From positions 1-62,858 of IMG/VR virus record IMGVR_UViG_3300031974_002723: a DNA stretch of 62,858 bases; one strand, written 5' to 3'. The notes beneath the pieces were generated by a model. The model was given only the letters and a program-made list of their open reading frames with translations, did no database searches and was not told the DNA's origin. This document shows positions 7,374 through 14,867 of the stretch, piece by piece. The number at the start of each line of letters is the position of its first letter. The first letter of the stretch is position 1. Origin of the DNA: a virus. Its lineage: Duplodnaviria; Caudoviricetes. The position numbers and the translations under genes were made by a program.

Positions 7374-8077
7374 TGAACTCTGGTACCATGTCCGATCGCC
7401 TGAGAGAGGCGATGGAAGAGAAAGGAAGGGAGGAGAACGGAACCTTGATCGGTCAGTTCGCCTCCACCGTTCGTAGGGAGCAATCCGACAGCGGTGAGAT
7501 GAGAGAGTTTGTCTGGGTCAACAAGGGCGAGGAGCTCGATTACGACGCCCCTGACGAGCAGTGGGAGAACACTCCTGGATCTTTTAAGGTGTATGGCAAC
7601 TGGAACGAGTACGCTCAGGGTCAAGATGAAGAAGGGAATATGTTCCTTCCTGACGAAGACTTCCCGTACATCAAGAATGCTGAGGGGCAGTATGTCCTTG
7701 ACGAGTCTACTTTTGAAGGTCGCTCCAGAAGCGATGAGATGGGAAGGCAGGAGCTCGGAGGTCAGGGTGCCTCACCGATGGAGGACCTGATGGAGAAGCT
7801 CAGCCAGATGCGCGGACAAGGTGGTGCCCCAGCTCCTGGAATGATGATGGGGGGCGGCAAGATCTACGCTGGTGGCGGTAAAATCGCAAGACAATCCAGA
7901 AAAGAAGACAGGTACGCAGCTCGTAACAGGATGCTCCCTGATCCCAGGACCAGCGAACAGAAAGCAGAAGCTTACAGAAAGCGCAGGAACCAGAGGATGC
8001 TGAAAGGCCTTATGGGGTTGGTTACTGGCGCTGTCGTAGGCGGTGGTGAGTACAACGTCAGACAACGCAAGTCGTGA
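7370..8077 (+). CDS. Hypothetical protein with acidic domain and GGGKI repeats
   Basis: 235-aa ORF, translationally coupled to neighbours. Confidence 0.75.
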   Translation: MMNSGTMSDRLREAMEEKGREENGTLIGQFASTVRREQSDSGEMREFVWVNKGEELDYDAPDEQWENTPGSFKVYGNWNEYAQGQDEEGNMFLPDEDFPYIKNAEGQYVLDESTFEGRSRSDEMGRQELGGQGASPMEDLMEKLSQMRGQGGAPAPGMMMGGGKIYAGGGKIARQSRKEDRYAARNRMLPDPRTSEQKAEAYRKRRNQRMLKGLMGLVTGAVVGGGEYNVRQRKS

Positions 8078-8277
8078 TAGGCGGAGACGATAAAAAGAAG
8101 CAGCGTGGTGCAGCCGCACCGTCTCAGGCTGGACTCTATGGGGGTACGCTGCGCCCTCGCCCAGCCAAAGCAAAGAAGAAAAAGAAGCCCAAGACCATCA
8201 ACTACGGGAAGTGTCGTGGCATGTTGAGTGTTGGGTTTGGTAAGGGGAGAAAGACCTCTGCTTCTTGTCGCAACTGA
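8074..8277 (+). CDS. Small basic protein
   Basis: 67-aa Lys-rich ORF with GTGA overlap. Confidence 0.55.
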   Translation: MIGGDDKKKQRGAAAPSQAGLYGGTLRPRPAKAKKKKKPKTINYGKCRGMLSVGFGKGRKTSASCRN

Positions 8278-8337
8278 TGGGTAGCAAGGGTTACTTTAAC
8301 CCCCGAATGAAATTAAAAGACTTCAATAAGAAGAGAA

Positions 8338-8799
8338 ATGCGTTTGTCCAAAAACCTGACCCTACAAGAGTGTACAAAAAGCCTGACGGCAAAGCGACTT
8401 GGTTTAGAAAATCAGCCTGACGACCCTCAGATCACAAACCTAAAGCTTGTAGCAGAGCATGTCTTTCAACCTCTCAGAGATCACTTTGGAGTCCCGATCT
8501 ACGTCTCATCAGGATACAGGTCGCCGAAACTCAATTCTTCAATCGGTGGGAGTGCTACTTCTCAGCATTGCCAAGGCCGCGCTTTGGACCTGGATGCTGA
8601 TGTCTTCGGTGGGGTAAGCAATGCAGAGATTTTCCACTATATCAAAGACTGCTTGGATTTCGATCAGCTCATATGGGAGTTTGGTGATGACACCAATCCC
8701 TCATGGGTTCATGTCAGTTACAACTCCCCCACTGAGAACAGAGGGAGAGTCATGCGGGCTGCCAAGGATGGCGTCGGAACATATTACAAACTCTGGTAA
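8338..8799 (+). CDS. Peptidase M15A family endolysin
   Basis: SGYRS, SQH..G.ALD and WVHVS zinc-peptidase motifs. Confidence 0.88.
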   Translation: MRLSKNLTLQECTKSLTAKRLGLENQPDDPQITNLKLVAEHVFQPLRDHFGVPIYVSSGYRSPKLNSSIGGSATSQHCQGRALDLDADVFGGVSNAEIFHYIKDCLDFDQLIWEFGDDTNPSWVHVSYNSPTENRGRVMRAAKDGVGTYYKLW

Positions 8800-9200
8800 A
8801 AGCGCTGGACGAGGAGCCTAGCCCTTTGCGTAAGCGCGTACCTAACTCTATAGTTGTACTTGGTCTCTTCTCTGAAGAGGTGATCATCGAGCGATTGTGA
8901 CGGCGTTAGCCTTTCGAAGTGCTTGTACAGGAGTTCCTCTGACTGCAAGGGGTATATGATCCTGTTCGCCATGTTGCTGCGGTTATACTGATACTGTTCA
9001 GCGGCATGGTCTATGGTAAAGAATTCTAGGTCGTAAGCCCACAGGAGGAACTCCAAGTGCTTCCAGTCAATATCATGGTGCTCGCAGAAGTCCTTCCTAA
9101 CAGAATGTAGATTCTTGAGGTAATTGTTGTTGATGTACTTCTCTTTCAGTTTAGAGAAGTCCCTGAACATGCGCTTCTTGGACACTTTTGACTTAGGCAT
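8784..9200 (-). CDS. Putative winged-helix DNA-binding protein
   Basis: 138 aa; LEFLLW...YALTQRAR wing-like ending; lone antisense gene in the late arm. Confidence 0.55.
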   Translation of the reverse strand: MPKSKVSKKRMFRDFSKLKEKYINNNYLKNLHSVRKDFCEHHDIDWKHLEFLLWAYDLEFFTIDHAAEQYQYNRSNMANRIIYPLQSEELLYKHFERLTPSQSLDDHLFREETKYNYRVRYALTQRARLLVQRFYQSL

Positions 9201-9219
9201 GATTACTTATCTTTGATCT

Positions 9220-9525
9220 ATGAATTCAAAGGACAAGGAGTTTATCGCTGAAGCTTACTCCCTTATCGTTCAAATCGAGGAACTCATCAGAAGTTACGGA
9301 TACGAAGATAAGGTGATGTCGGCCATGATGCTCGGTGTCATCGATATTTCCCCAGACGACGACGTCCAAGAGGGGGACGAAGTACAGTTGAAGAGTGTGT
9401 TCAGCTACAACCTGGACAGTAAGCTTGAGCTGGAGATGGTGAAGGAAATCATGTCTCAGCAGTTCGATGATCCTGACGACGATATAGACAAACTCCTTGG
9501 AGACCTTGGTATATCACTGAACTGA
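9220..9525 (+). CDS. Acidic hypothetical protein
   Basis: 101 aa after TATCTTTG-N4. Confidence 0.75.
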   Translation: MNSKDKEFIAEAYSLIVQIEELIRSYGYEDKVMSAMMLGVIDISPDDDVQEGDEVQLKSVFSYNLDSKLELEMVKEIMSQQFDDPDDDIDKLLGDLGISLN

Positions 9526-9761
9526 TGGATGGATTGATTAGAAAACTTGTGATCGGCAAAGACCCGAAAAACGGGATGGCATACTTTGTCGGGATGAAGG
9601 CTGGGCGAGGCCACGTCTCTGCCATTATACAGGACGAGTCCTACTTGCACAAGTTTGGTAAGTGCCGATACCTGGTATATATAGAAGGGCCAGAAGGAAC
9701 TGAGCTCTGGAAGGCGGTTGACGACATGCCGTGCCTACTTGAATTTGATCTAGACTTTTAA
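9525..9761 (+). CDS. Hypothetical protein (IRKLVIGKDPK..MAYFVG)
   Basis: 78 aa, TGATG coupling, directly upstream of the GroES-like gene. Confidence 0.75.
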   Translation: MDGLIRKLVIGKDPKNGMAYFVGMKAGRGHVSAIIQDESYLHKFGKCRYLVYIEGPEGTELWKAVDDMPCLLEFDLDF

Positions 9762-9765
9762 TACA

Positions 9766-10341
9766 ATGAAGACGCTCGACAAGTTTATCGTACAAATCGA
9801 AAAAGAACTACAAGACACCATAACCACAGACTCTGGACTAGAGCTCTACATAGACACCAAATACAATGAGTTTGAACACCGAACTACAGAAGGCGAAATC
9901 CTGGCTTATCCGCTCAAGTATGACACTGGTGCGGAAGCTGGAGATACTCTTTACTTCCATCATCACGTGGTTATCAATGGCGGTTCGCCACTGGTCAAGG
10001 AAGACAATCATTACATTGTCCAGTATGATGACGTCCATGCAGCTGCGAATCAAGCAATTGCGTACAAAAATCAGGACGGCATACACCCAATCAAGGGTTG
10101 GTGTCTGCTTGAGCCTGTTGAGGAAGATGACCCTGGACATTCTGGACTCGTTGAAGTGGTCACTCTCAAAGAGAAAGAAGTAACCCAAGGTGTGGTATCC
10201 TTTGACACATCAGAGCTTGAAGAGCTCGGAGTATCCCATGGGGACGTGGTTGGCTTCAAAAAGAACAGAGACTACAGGATTAAAATTGATGGCAAGGAAT
10301 ACTACAGGGTCGCGGTCACGGAGCTCCTCTACAAGCTTTGA
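9766..10341 (+). CDS. GroES-like co-chaperonin with two GroES-like halves
   Basis: TDSGLEL mobile-loop-like segment; GDTLYF and GDVVGF...IDGKEYY patterns. Confidence 0.7.
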   Translation: MKTLDKFIVQIEKELQDTITTDSGLELYIDTKYNEFEHRTTEGEILAYPLKYDTGAEAGDTLYFHHHVVINGGSPLVKEDNHYIVQYDDVHAAANQAIAYKNQDGIHPIKGWCLLEPVEEDDPGHSGLVEVVTLKEKEVTQGVVSFDTSELEELGVSHGDVVGFKKNRDYRIKIDGKEYYRVAVTELLYKL

Positions 10342-10612
10342 TACCCTTAAAGCCGCAGAAAAGCTGATGCAGGCTATGGCCATTGCCATTGACAATATGA
10401 TCGAAGAGGTGAAGAAGCCTGTCGATCAGGACATCAATGGTAGCGCCAGGAAAGCCGAACTTCAGTCAGTAAAACAAACCGCCATAGATTGCAAGGAGCT
10501 GCTTCGTGAGAGGCAATCCTTGGAGCAGATGGTTAAAGAACTTAGAGAAAATGGAGAAGTCCAAGAAGACAAAGACTACTCAGGCGGATTCGCAGAGAAG
10601 TTCAGCAAGTGA
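10289..10612 (+). CDS. Helical protein, possible terminase small subunit
   Basis: Coiled-coil ORF upstream of terL; ATG at 10289 is in frame; function inferred from position. Confidence 0.45.
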   Translation: MARNTTGSRSRSSSTSFDTLKAAEKLMQAMAIAIDNMIEEVKKPVDQDINGSARKAELQSVKQTAIDCKELLRERQSLEQMVKELRENGEVQEDKDYSGGFAEKFSK

Positions 10613-10692
10613 TCATACCTTGAGGACGGGGGATTTTGATTGGCAGCGTCATGAAACCATGCTGAATAAGAGAATGAATATTATCGGCAGCA

Positions 10693-11988
10693 ATGGAAAT
10701 GACGGGTATCACTACTGGGAGGACAGTTGGAACGAAGAGTAAAGGAGTTCTACTTGCTCTTTATATTGGTCTTTCTCTTGGCTCTGCGGCTCAGTGTGAC
10801 CTTGAGCTTGTAGGTGTAGACCTTATCGAAGGGACGGTAACGGTATCGTTCAACAACACTGAGAACTGTGGTGGCACAGGCGGACCCGACGGAATTTCTG
10901 AGATCCAGTTCGGGTTTCAGGCTTTAGACGAGAACTGCAACGCCATGAATGTCGGGTGGGACTTCCCGTCTGGCGTTTCTATTCCTGACGACTCGAATCA
11001 TCCTGGATGGGTGTACTCTGCTACTACTACGGAGACACCTAGCAACTGGACAAACCTGTATGGCGATGATATTGATCCCCCGTATTATACTGGTGAGGTT
11101 ATAGACTTCCCTATCTACAATGTGTACCAATCTTCATCTGGAGGTTTGTGGTACCAGATGGAGGATATCCTTGGATATTGGATTGACGAGGGGTATAGCA
11201 TACAAGTTGTTATTTGGCAGATCAGCTATGGCCCCACCATGTATGCTGAAGACGGTGGGTGGGCTGAGGTAGGACCCAACGGAGACGGGAGCAGCTGGGG
11301 GAGCGGGGTCTATGACGACGAGAACTTCCTTGACAACTGGGTTGTGATTGGTCCTTGTGGGGAGTGTGTCCCAGAGGTTGTAACGGATACGGTTTACGTA
11401 GACCTCCCTGCAGATACAGTAACCGTCTTTGAATCAGATACGATCATTCAGTATGATACCACATACACTTACATAACGGACACGTTGTACCTCGTCGATG
11501 TGGACACTTCATATATCACTTTAATCGACACCGTCTATCTTACTGATTATCAAACTGATACCGTCATTGTCGTTGACATAGACACTTCATATATTAGTTT
11601 AACTGACACCATATACGTTACTGAGTATCAAATAGATACAACGAGTGTATATGAATATGACATGGTTGAAGTTGACTGCAGTACAGGTCAGCCATGTGTC
11701 AGTCCGTTCTCTGATTGCTCTATATACATACCGAACTCTTTTACCCCTAACAACGATGGGGTGAACGATGTATGGGGAGCCGAGACGGACTCTTTTTGTT
11801 GGGCGAGCTGGAGAATGAAGGTGTTCTCAAGGACTGGCGAACTGGTATGGGAGAGTTACGATCCAGATGATATTTGGCTTGGTGGAGACGAGTACTATGT
11901 CCCTAACGACATGTATATTTACAGAGTGGAATGTGAGGGATACGGGGAGTCATACATCATAAACGGTCACGTGACCATTATCAGATAA
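10693..11988 (+). CDS. Secreted protein with gliding-motility-associated (type B T9SS) C-terminal domain
   Basis: Signal peptide ending SAA/Q; DT-repeat stalk; IYIPNSFTPNNDGVND..VFSRTGELVW..W.G..YIY..GHVTIIR. Confidence 0.85.
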   Translation: MEMTGITTGRTVGTKSKGVLLALYIGLSLGSAAQCDLELVGVDLIEGTVTVSFNNTENCGGTGGPDGISEIQFGFQALDENCNAMNVGWDFPSGVSIPDDSNHPGWVYSATTTETPSNWTNLYGDDIDPPYYTGEVIDFPIYNVYQSSSGGLWYQMEDILGYWIDEGYSIQVVIWQISYGPTMYAEDGGWAEVGPNGDGSSWGSGVYDDENFLDNWVVIGPCGECVPEVVTDTVYVDLPADTVTVFESDTIIQYDTTYTYITDTLYLVDVDTSYITLIDTVYLTDYQTDTVIVVDIDTSYISLTDTIYVTEYQIDTTSVYEYDMVEVDCSTGQPCVSPFSDCSIYIPNSFTPNNDGVNDVWGAETDSFCWASWRMKVFSRTGELVWESYDPDDIWLGGDEYYVPNDMYIYRVECEGYGESYIINGHVTIIR

Positions 11989-12203
11989 TGAAAAGAGACT
12001 ATGACAAAGAGTACAGGAAGTACGGTAAGAGTGAGAAAGCTAAGAAGTACAGAGCTGCCCTCAATAAGTATAACCGTAAGAAAGGGACGTATGGTAACGG
12101 TGACGGGCTGGACGCCGCTCACGAGAGTGGGGTGATCAGAAGGTTTGTCAAAGCCTCCGTAAACAGAGCAAACAACAGGCCCAAGAAAAGGGCGAGTAAA
12201 TAA
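11988..12203 (+). CDS. Small HNH-like basic protein
   Basis: RDYDKEY...DGLDAAH...NRANN. Confidence 0.6.
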   Translation: MKRDYDKEYRKYGKSEKAKKYRAALNKYNRKKGTYGNGDGLDAAHESGVIRRFVKASVNRANNRPKKRASK

Positions 12204-12247
12204 ATTTTCGACGAGACGGCCCCCTACGCAAATGGGGTTGATCAAAC

Positions 12248-12321
12248 TGGGGCGTAGTTCAGTTGGTTAGAGCGTCTGTCTTATACACAGAAGGTCGAGG
12301 GTTCGAACCCCTCCGCCCCAA
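12248..12321 (+). tRNA. tRNA-Ile(UAU)
   Basis: TGGGGCG/CGCCCCA acceptor stem; TCTGT-CTTATAC-ACAGA anticodon arm; GGTTCGAACCC T-arm. Confidence 0.9.
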
Positions 12322-12333
12322 CAATTCAATACA

Positions 12334-12465
12334 ATGGCAAAACAAAACAGCACTTACAGCGAAAAGAAGAAGGTCAGCAGGCCTGGCGTGCATGCCAAAA
12401 CCAAATCGTCGAAAAACAAGACTTCCCAAAACTACAGGAAGGCTTACAGGGGACAGGGGAGGTAA
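12334..12465 (+). CDS. Small basic protein ending YRGQGR
   Basis: 43-aa ORF translated by hand between the two tRNAs. Confidence 0.7.
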   Translation: MAKQNSTYSEKKKVSRPGVHAKTKSSKNKTSQNYRKAYRGQGR

Positions 12466-12480
12466 TTTTCCCTTACCTTT

Positions 12481-12554
12481 GCTCCTGTAGCTCAGCTGGA
12501 TAGAGCATCTGCCTTCTAAGCAGACGGTCCCAGGTTCGAATCCTGGCAGGGGTA
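12481..12554 (+). tRNA. tRNA-Arg(UCU)
   Basis: GCTCCTG/CAGGGGT acceptor stem; TCTGC-CTTCTAA-GCAGA anticodon arm; GGTTCGAATCC. Confidence 0.93.
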
Positions 12555-12568
12555 CAATTGAATTCATC

Positions 12569-12751
12569 ATGAGTAAGTACAAGTGCGAGTGCGGCAAAAC
12601 CGCAGAACATACTGGAAGCGTATCCATCAAGGTGATCAACGGAGAAGTTCGTCACGATGTGAAGTGTGAATGCGGGAAGTACATGGAACTGGCCGAGAAG
12701 AAGGTCGGCGTCCCCTCATTCAAAAGCAATCGGTATGGACAGGTCCGATGA
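12569..12751 (+). CDS. Small zinc-ribbon protein
   Basis: Two CECG motifs. Confidence 0.7.
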   Translation: MSKYKCECGKTAEHTGSVSIKVINGEVRHDVKCECGKYMELAEKKVGVPSFKSNRYGQVR

Positions 12752-14846
12752 GATTATTCGGTTGGACAGCGCAGGTGAGCCTGGTGAGGTTATTTCGATC
12801 CACGGTCTTGACATTGCTCTTCCGAAAGTTCCAAAGAAGTCAGACATCCTCTTCCACGACCTCCCAAAGAAGTTGCAGATGTGGAAGCGCACCGATGTGC
12901 CACAGGAACTGTCGCGGGTTAGAAGTATGGATGAGTGGTTCGAGAAGCCTGCCGAGTTTCGACGCGCCTTTTCTCCTTACATCGAGCAGGAGTTTGAGCG
13001 CAGGCGCAACGGTGTTTGGTTTTACAACAATGGTGTGCCTACGTACATTACGGGAAGGCACTACATGTTTCTCCAATGGAGCAAAATCGATATCGGATAT
13101 CCTTCGTATCTTGCCTTCCAGCGTGAGATCTTTCTTCACATGGCTGCGTGCGAGGCTGATCCCCGTTGTATCGGTCAGCTATATACTAAGTGTCGCCGTT
13201 CTGGCTATACTAATATCTGTGCCGCTGTACTTGTTGACGAAGCTACGCAAGTAAAAGACAAGCTCCTTGGTATCCAGTCCAAGACTGGTAAAGACTCCCA
13301 GGAGAACATATTCATGAAGAAAGTGGTACCGATGTTCAAGTCGTACCCATTCTTCTTTAAACCTATTCAGGATGGCACGACGAACCCACGTATGGAACTC
13401 GCTTTTCGGGAACCATCAAAACGAATCACGAAGAAGAACAAGACGTCGCAGAAGGGCGATGCTCTCAACACAATCATCAACTGGAAGAACACCACAAACA
13501 ACGCCTACGACGGAGAAAAGCTCCATATGCTCTACCTCGACGAGGCTGGGAAGTGGGAGAAGCCAGTTGACATCAGAGAAGCCTGGCGAATTGAGCGGAC
13601 TTGTCTCATCGTTGGTAAGAAAATAATTGGTAAGGCCCTGGTGGGGTCTACCGTAAACCCAATGGATAAAGGTGGGGAAGAGTACAAAGCGCTTTGGGAA
13701 GATTCAGACCCTGCTGAACGCAATGCCAACGGAAGGACCAGGAGCGGTCTTTACCGTATTTTTATACCTGCTGATCACGCTCTTGAAGGGTTTTTTGATC
13801 GCTACGGCAACCCTGTTGTGGATGATCCTGATGCTCCGATAGAGGGTGTTGATGGCGAACCAGTCGATCAGGGCAGCAACACTTACCTCAAGAACGAGCG
13901 GGACAGCCTCAAGCATGACCCGTCAGAACTGAACGAGATTATTAGGCAGTTCCCGTTGACTGAAGATGAGGCGTTCAGGGATAGTATCGAGGGGAGTCTA
14001 TTCAACATCGGTAAGATCTACCAGCAGATAGACTGGAACAACAATCTCTACCCAAACCCAATTGTAAGAGGCAACTTCATTTGGAAGGAGAAAGACAAAG
14101 AGGTCATCTTCTCTCCAGACCCTAGGGGTAGGTTCAGGGTAGCATGGCAGCCACCAGCAGAAATGCGGAACAAGATTCATGAGGTTAGGGGCAAGAAGGT
14201 ACCACCTTATTCACAATTCGGTGTTGGTGGAGTAGACTCCTATGACTTGGACCAAACAGTGGATGGCAGAGGATCTAAAGGAGCTATGCACCTGTTCAAT
14301 AAGTTCAACATGAACGACAAGGTCCCTAGCAACATGTTTGTGTTGGAGTATGCCTCTAGGCCAGACTTAGCAAGCATATTCTACGAGGACGTACTGATGG
14401 CTGCGTTCTATTATGGTTACCCGCTTTTGATCGAGAACAATAAGTACGGTATCGTAAGGTATTTTGAATCAAGGGGTTACGACGGATATGTGATGGACAG
14501 GCCTGATCACTTGAAGACAGGTAATTCTAAAGTGAGTGTCAGAACGAAGGGCATCCCGTCGAACTCTCAAGACGTGATCCAGGCTCACGCTCATGCTATT
14601 GAGGCCTATATCCACAACCACGTAGGGATAAAGCCAGAAACAGACGACTTCGGGAATATGTATTTTAATGATACGCTAGAAGACTGGATCGGGTATAAAA
14701 TCACCAATAGAACCAAATACGACCTTACGATTAGCTCTGGTCTGGCACTGCTTGGGGCTCAGAAGGTTAAGGACAATAGGCCGAAGTCTAACCTATCCGA
14801 AAAGACCTTTTTCAGGAAGTCTAAGATAAAAGAGTGGCATCGCTAA
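12735..14846 (+). CDS. terL: Terminase large subunit
   Basis: KCRRSGYT Walker A-like, LYLDEAGKW Walker B, GSTVN, GVDSYD nuclease motif; directly before the portal. Confidence 0.9.
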   Translation: MDRSDEIIRLDSAGEPGEVISIHGLDIALPKVPKKSDILFHDLPKKLQMWKRTDVPQELSRVRSMDEWFEKPAEFRRAFSPYIEQEFERRRNGVWFYNNGVPTYITGRHYMFLQWSKIDIGYPSYLAFQREIFLHMAACEADPRCIGQLYTKCRRSGYTNICAAVLVDEATQVKDKLLGIQSKTGKDSQENIFMKKVVPMFKSYPFFFKPIQDGTTNPRMELAFREPSKRITKKNKTSQKGDALNTIINWKNTTNNAYDGEKLHMLYLDEAGKWEKPVDIREAWRIERTCLIVGKKIIGKALVGSTVNPMDKGGEEYKALWEDSDPAERNANGRTRSGLYRIFIPADHALEGFFDRYGNPVVDDPDAPIEGVDGEPVDQGSNTYLKNERDSLKHDPSELNEIIRQFPLTEDEAFRDSIEGSLFNIGKIYQQIDWNNNLYPNPIVRGNFIWKEKDKEVIFSPDPRGRFRVAWQPPAEMRNKIHEVRGKKVPPYSQFGVGGVDSYDLDQTVDGRGSKGAMHLFNKFNMNDKVPSNMFVLEYASRPDLASIFYEDVLMAAFYYGYPLLIENNKYGIVRYFESRGYDGYVMDRPDHLKTGNSKVSVRTKGIPSNSQDVIQAHAHAIEAYIHNHVGIKPETDDFGNMYFNDTLEDWIGYKITNRTKYDLTISSGLALLGAQKVKDNRPKSNLSEKTFFRKSKIKEWHR

Positions 14847-14860
14847 CTTTGCTATATTTG
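14844..14860 (+). promoter_or_regulatory. Tandem -7 elements before the portal gene
   Basis: TAACTTTG-C-TATATTTG, 7 nt before ATG. Confidence 0.6.
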
Positions 14861-14867
14861 CCGATAG

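Noticed and set aside
8277-8420. 47-aa ORF MGSKGYFNP... overlapping the endolysin start
   Set aside because: Coupled start, but more than half overlaps the endolysin; not enough support.
12474-12481. TACCTTTG -7 element overlapping the first base of tRNA-Arg(UCU)
   Set aside because: It would start transcription inside the tRNA; may be chance and cannot be supported without TSS data.
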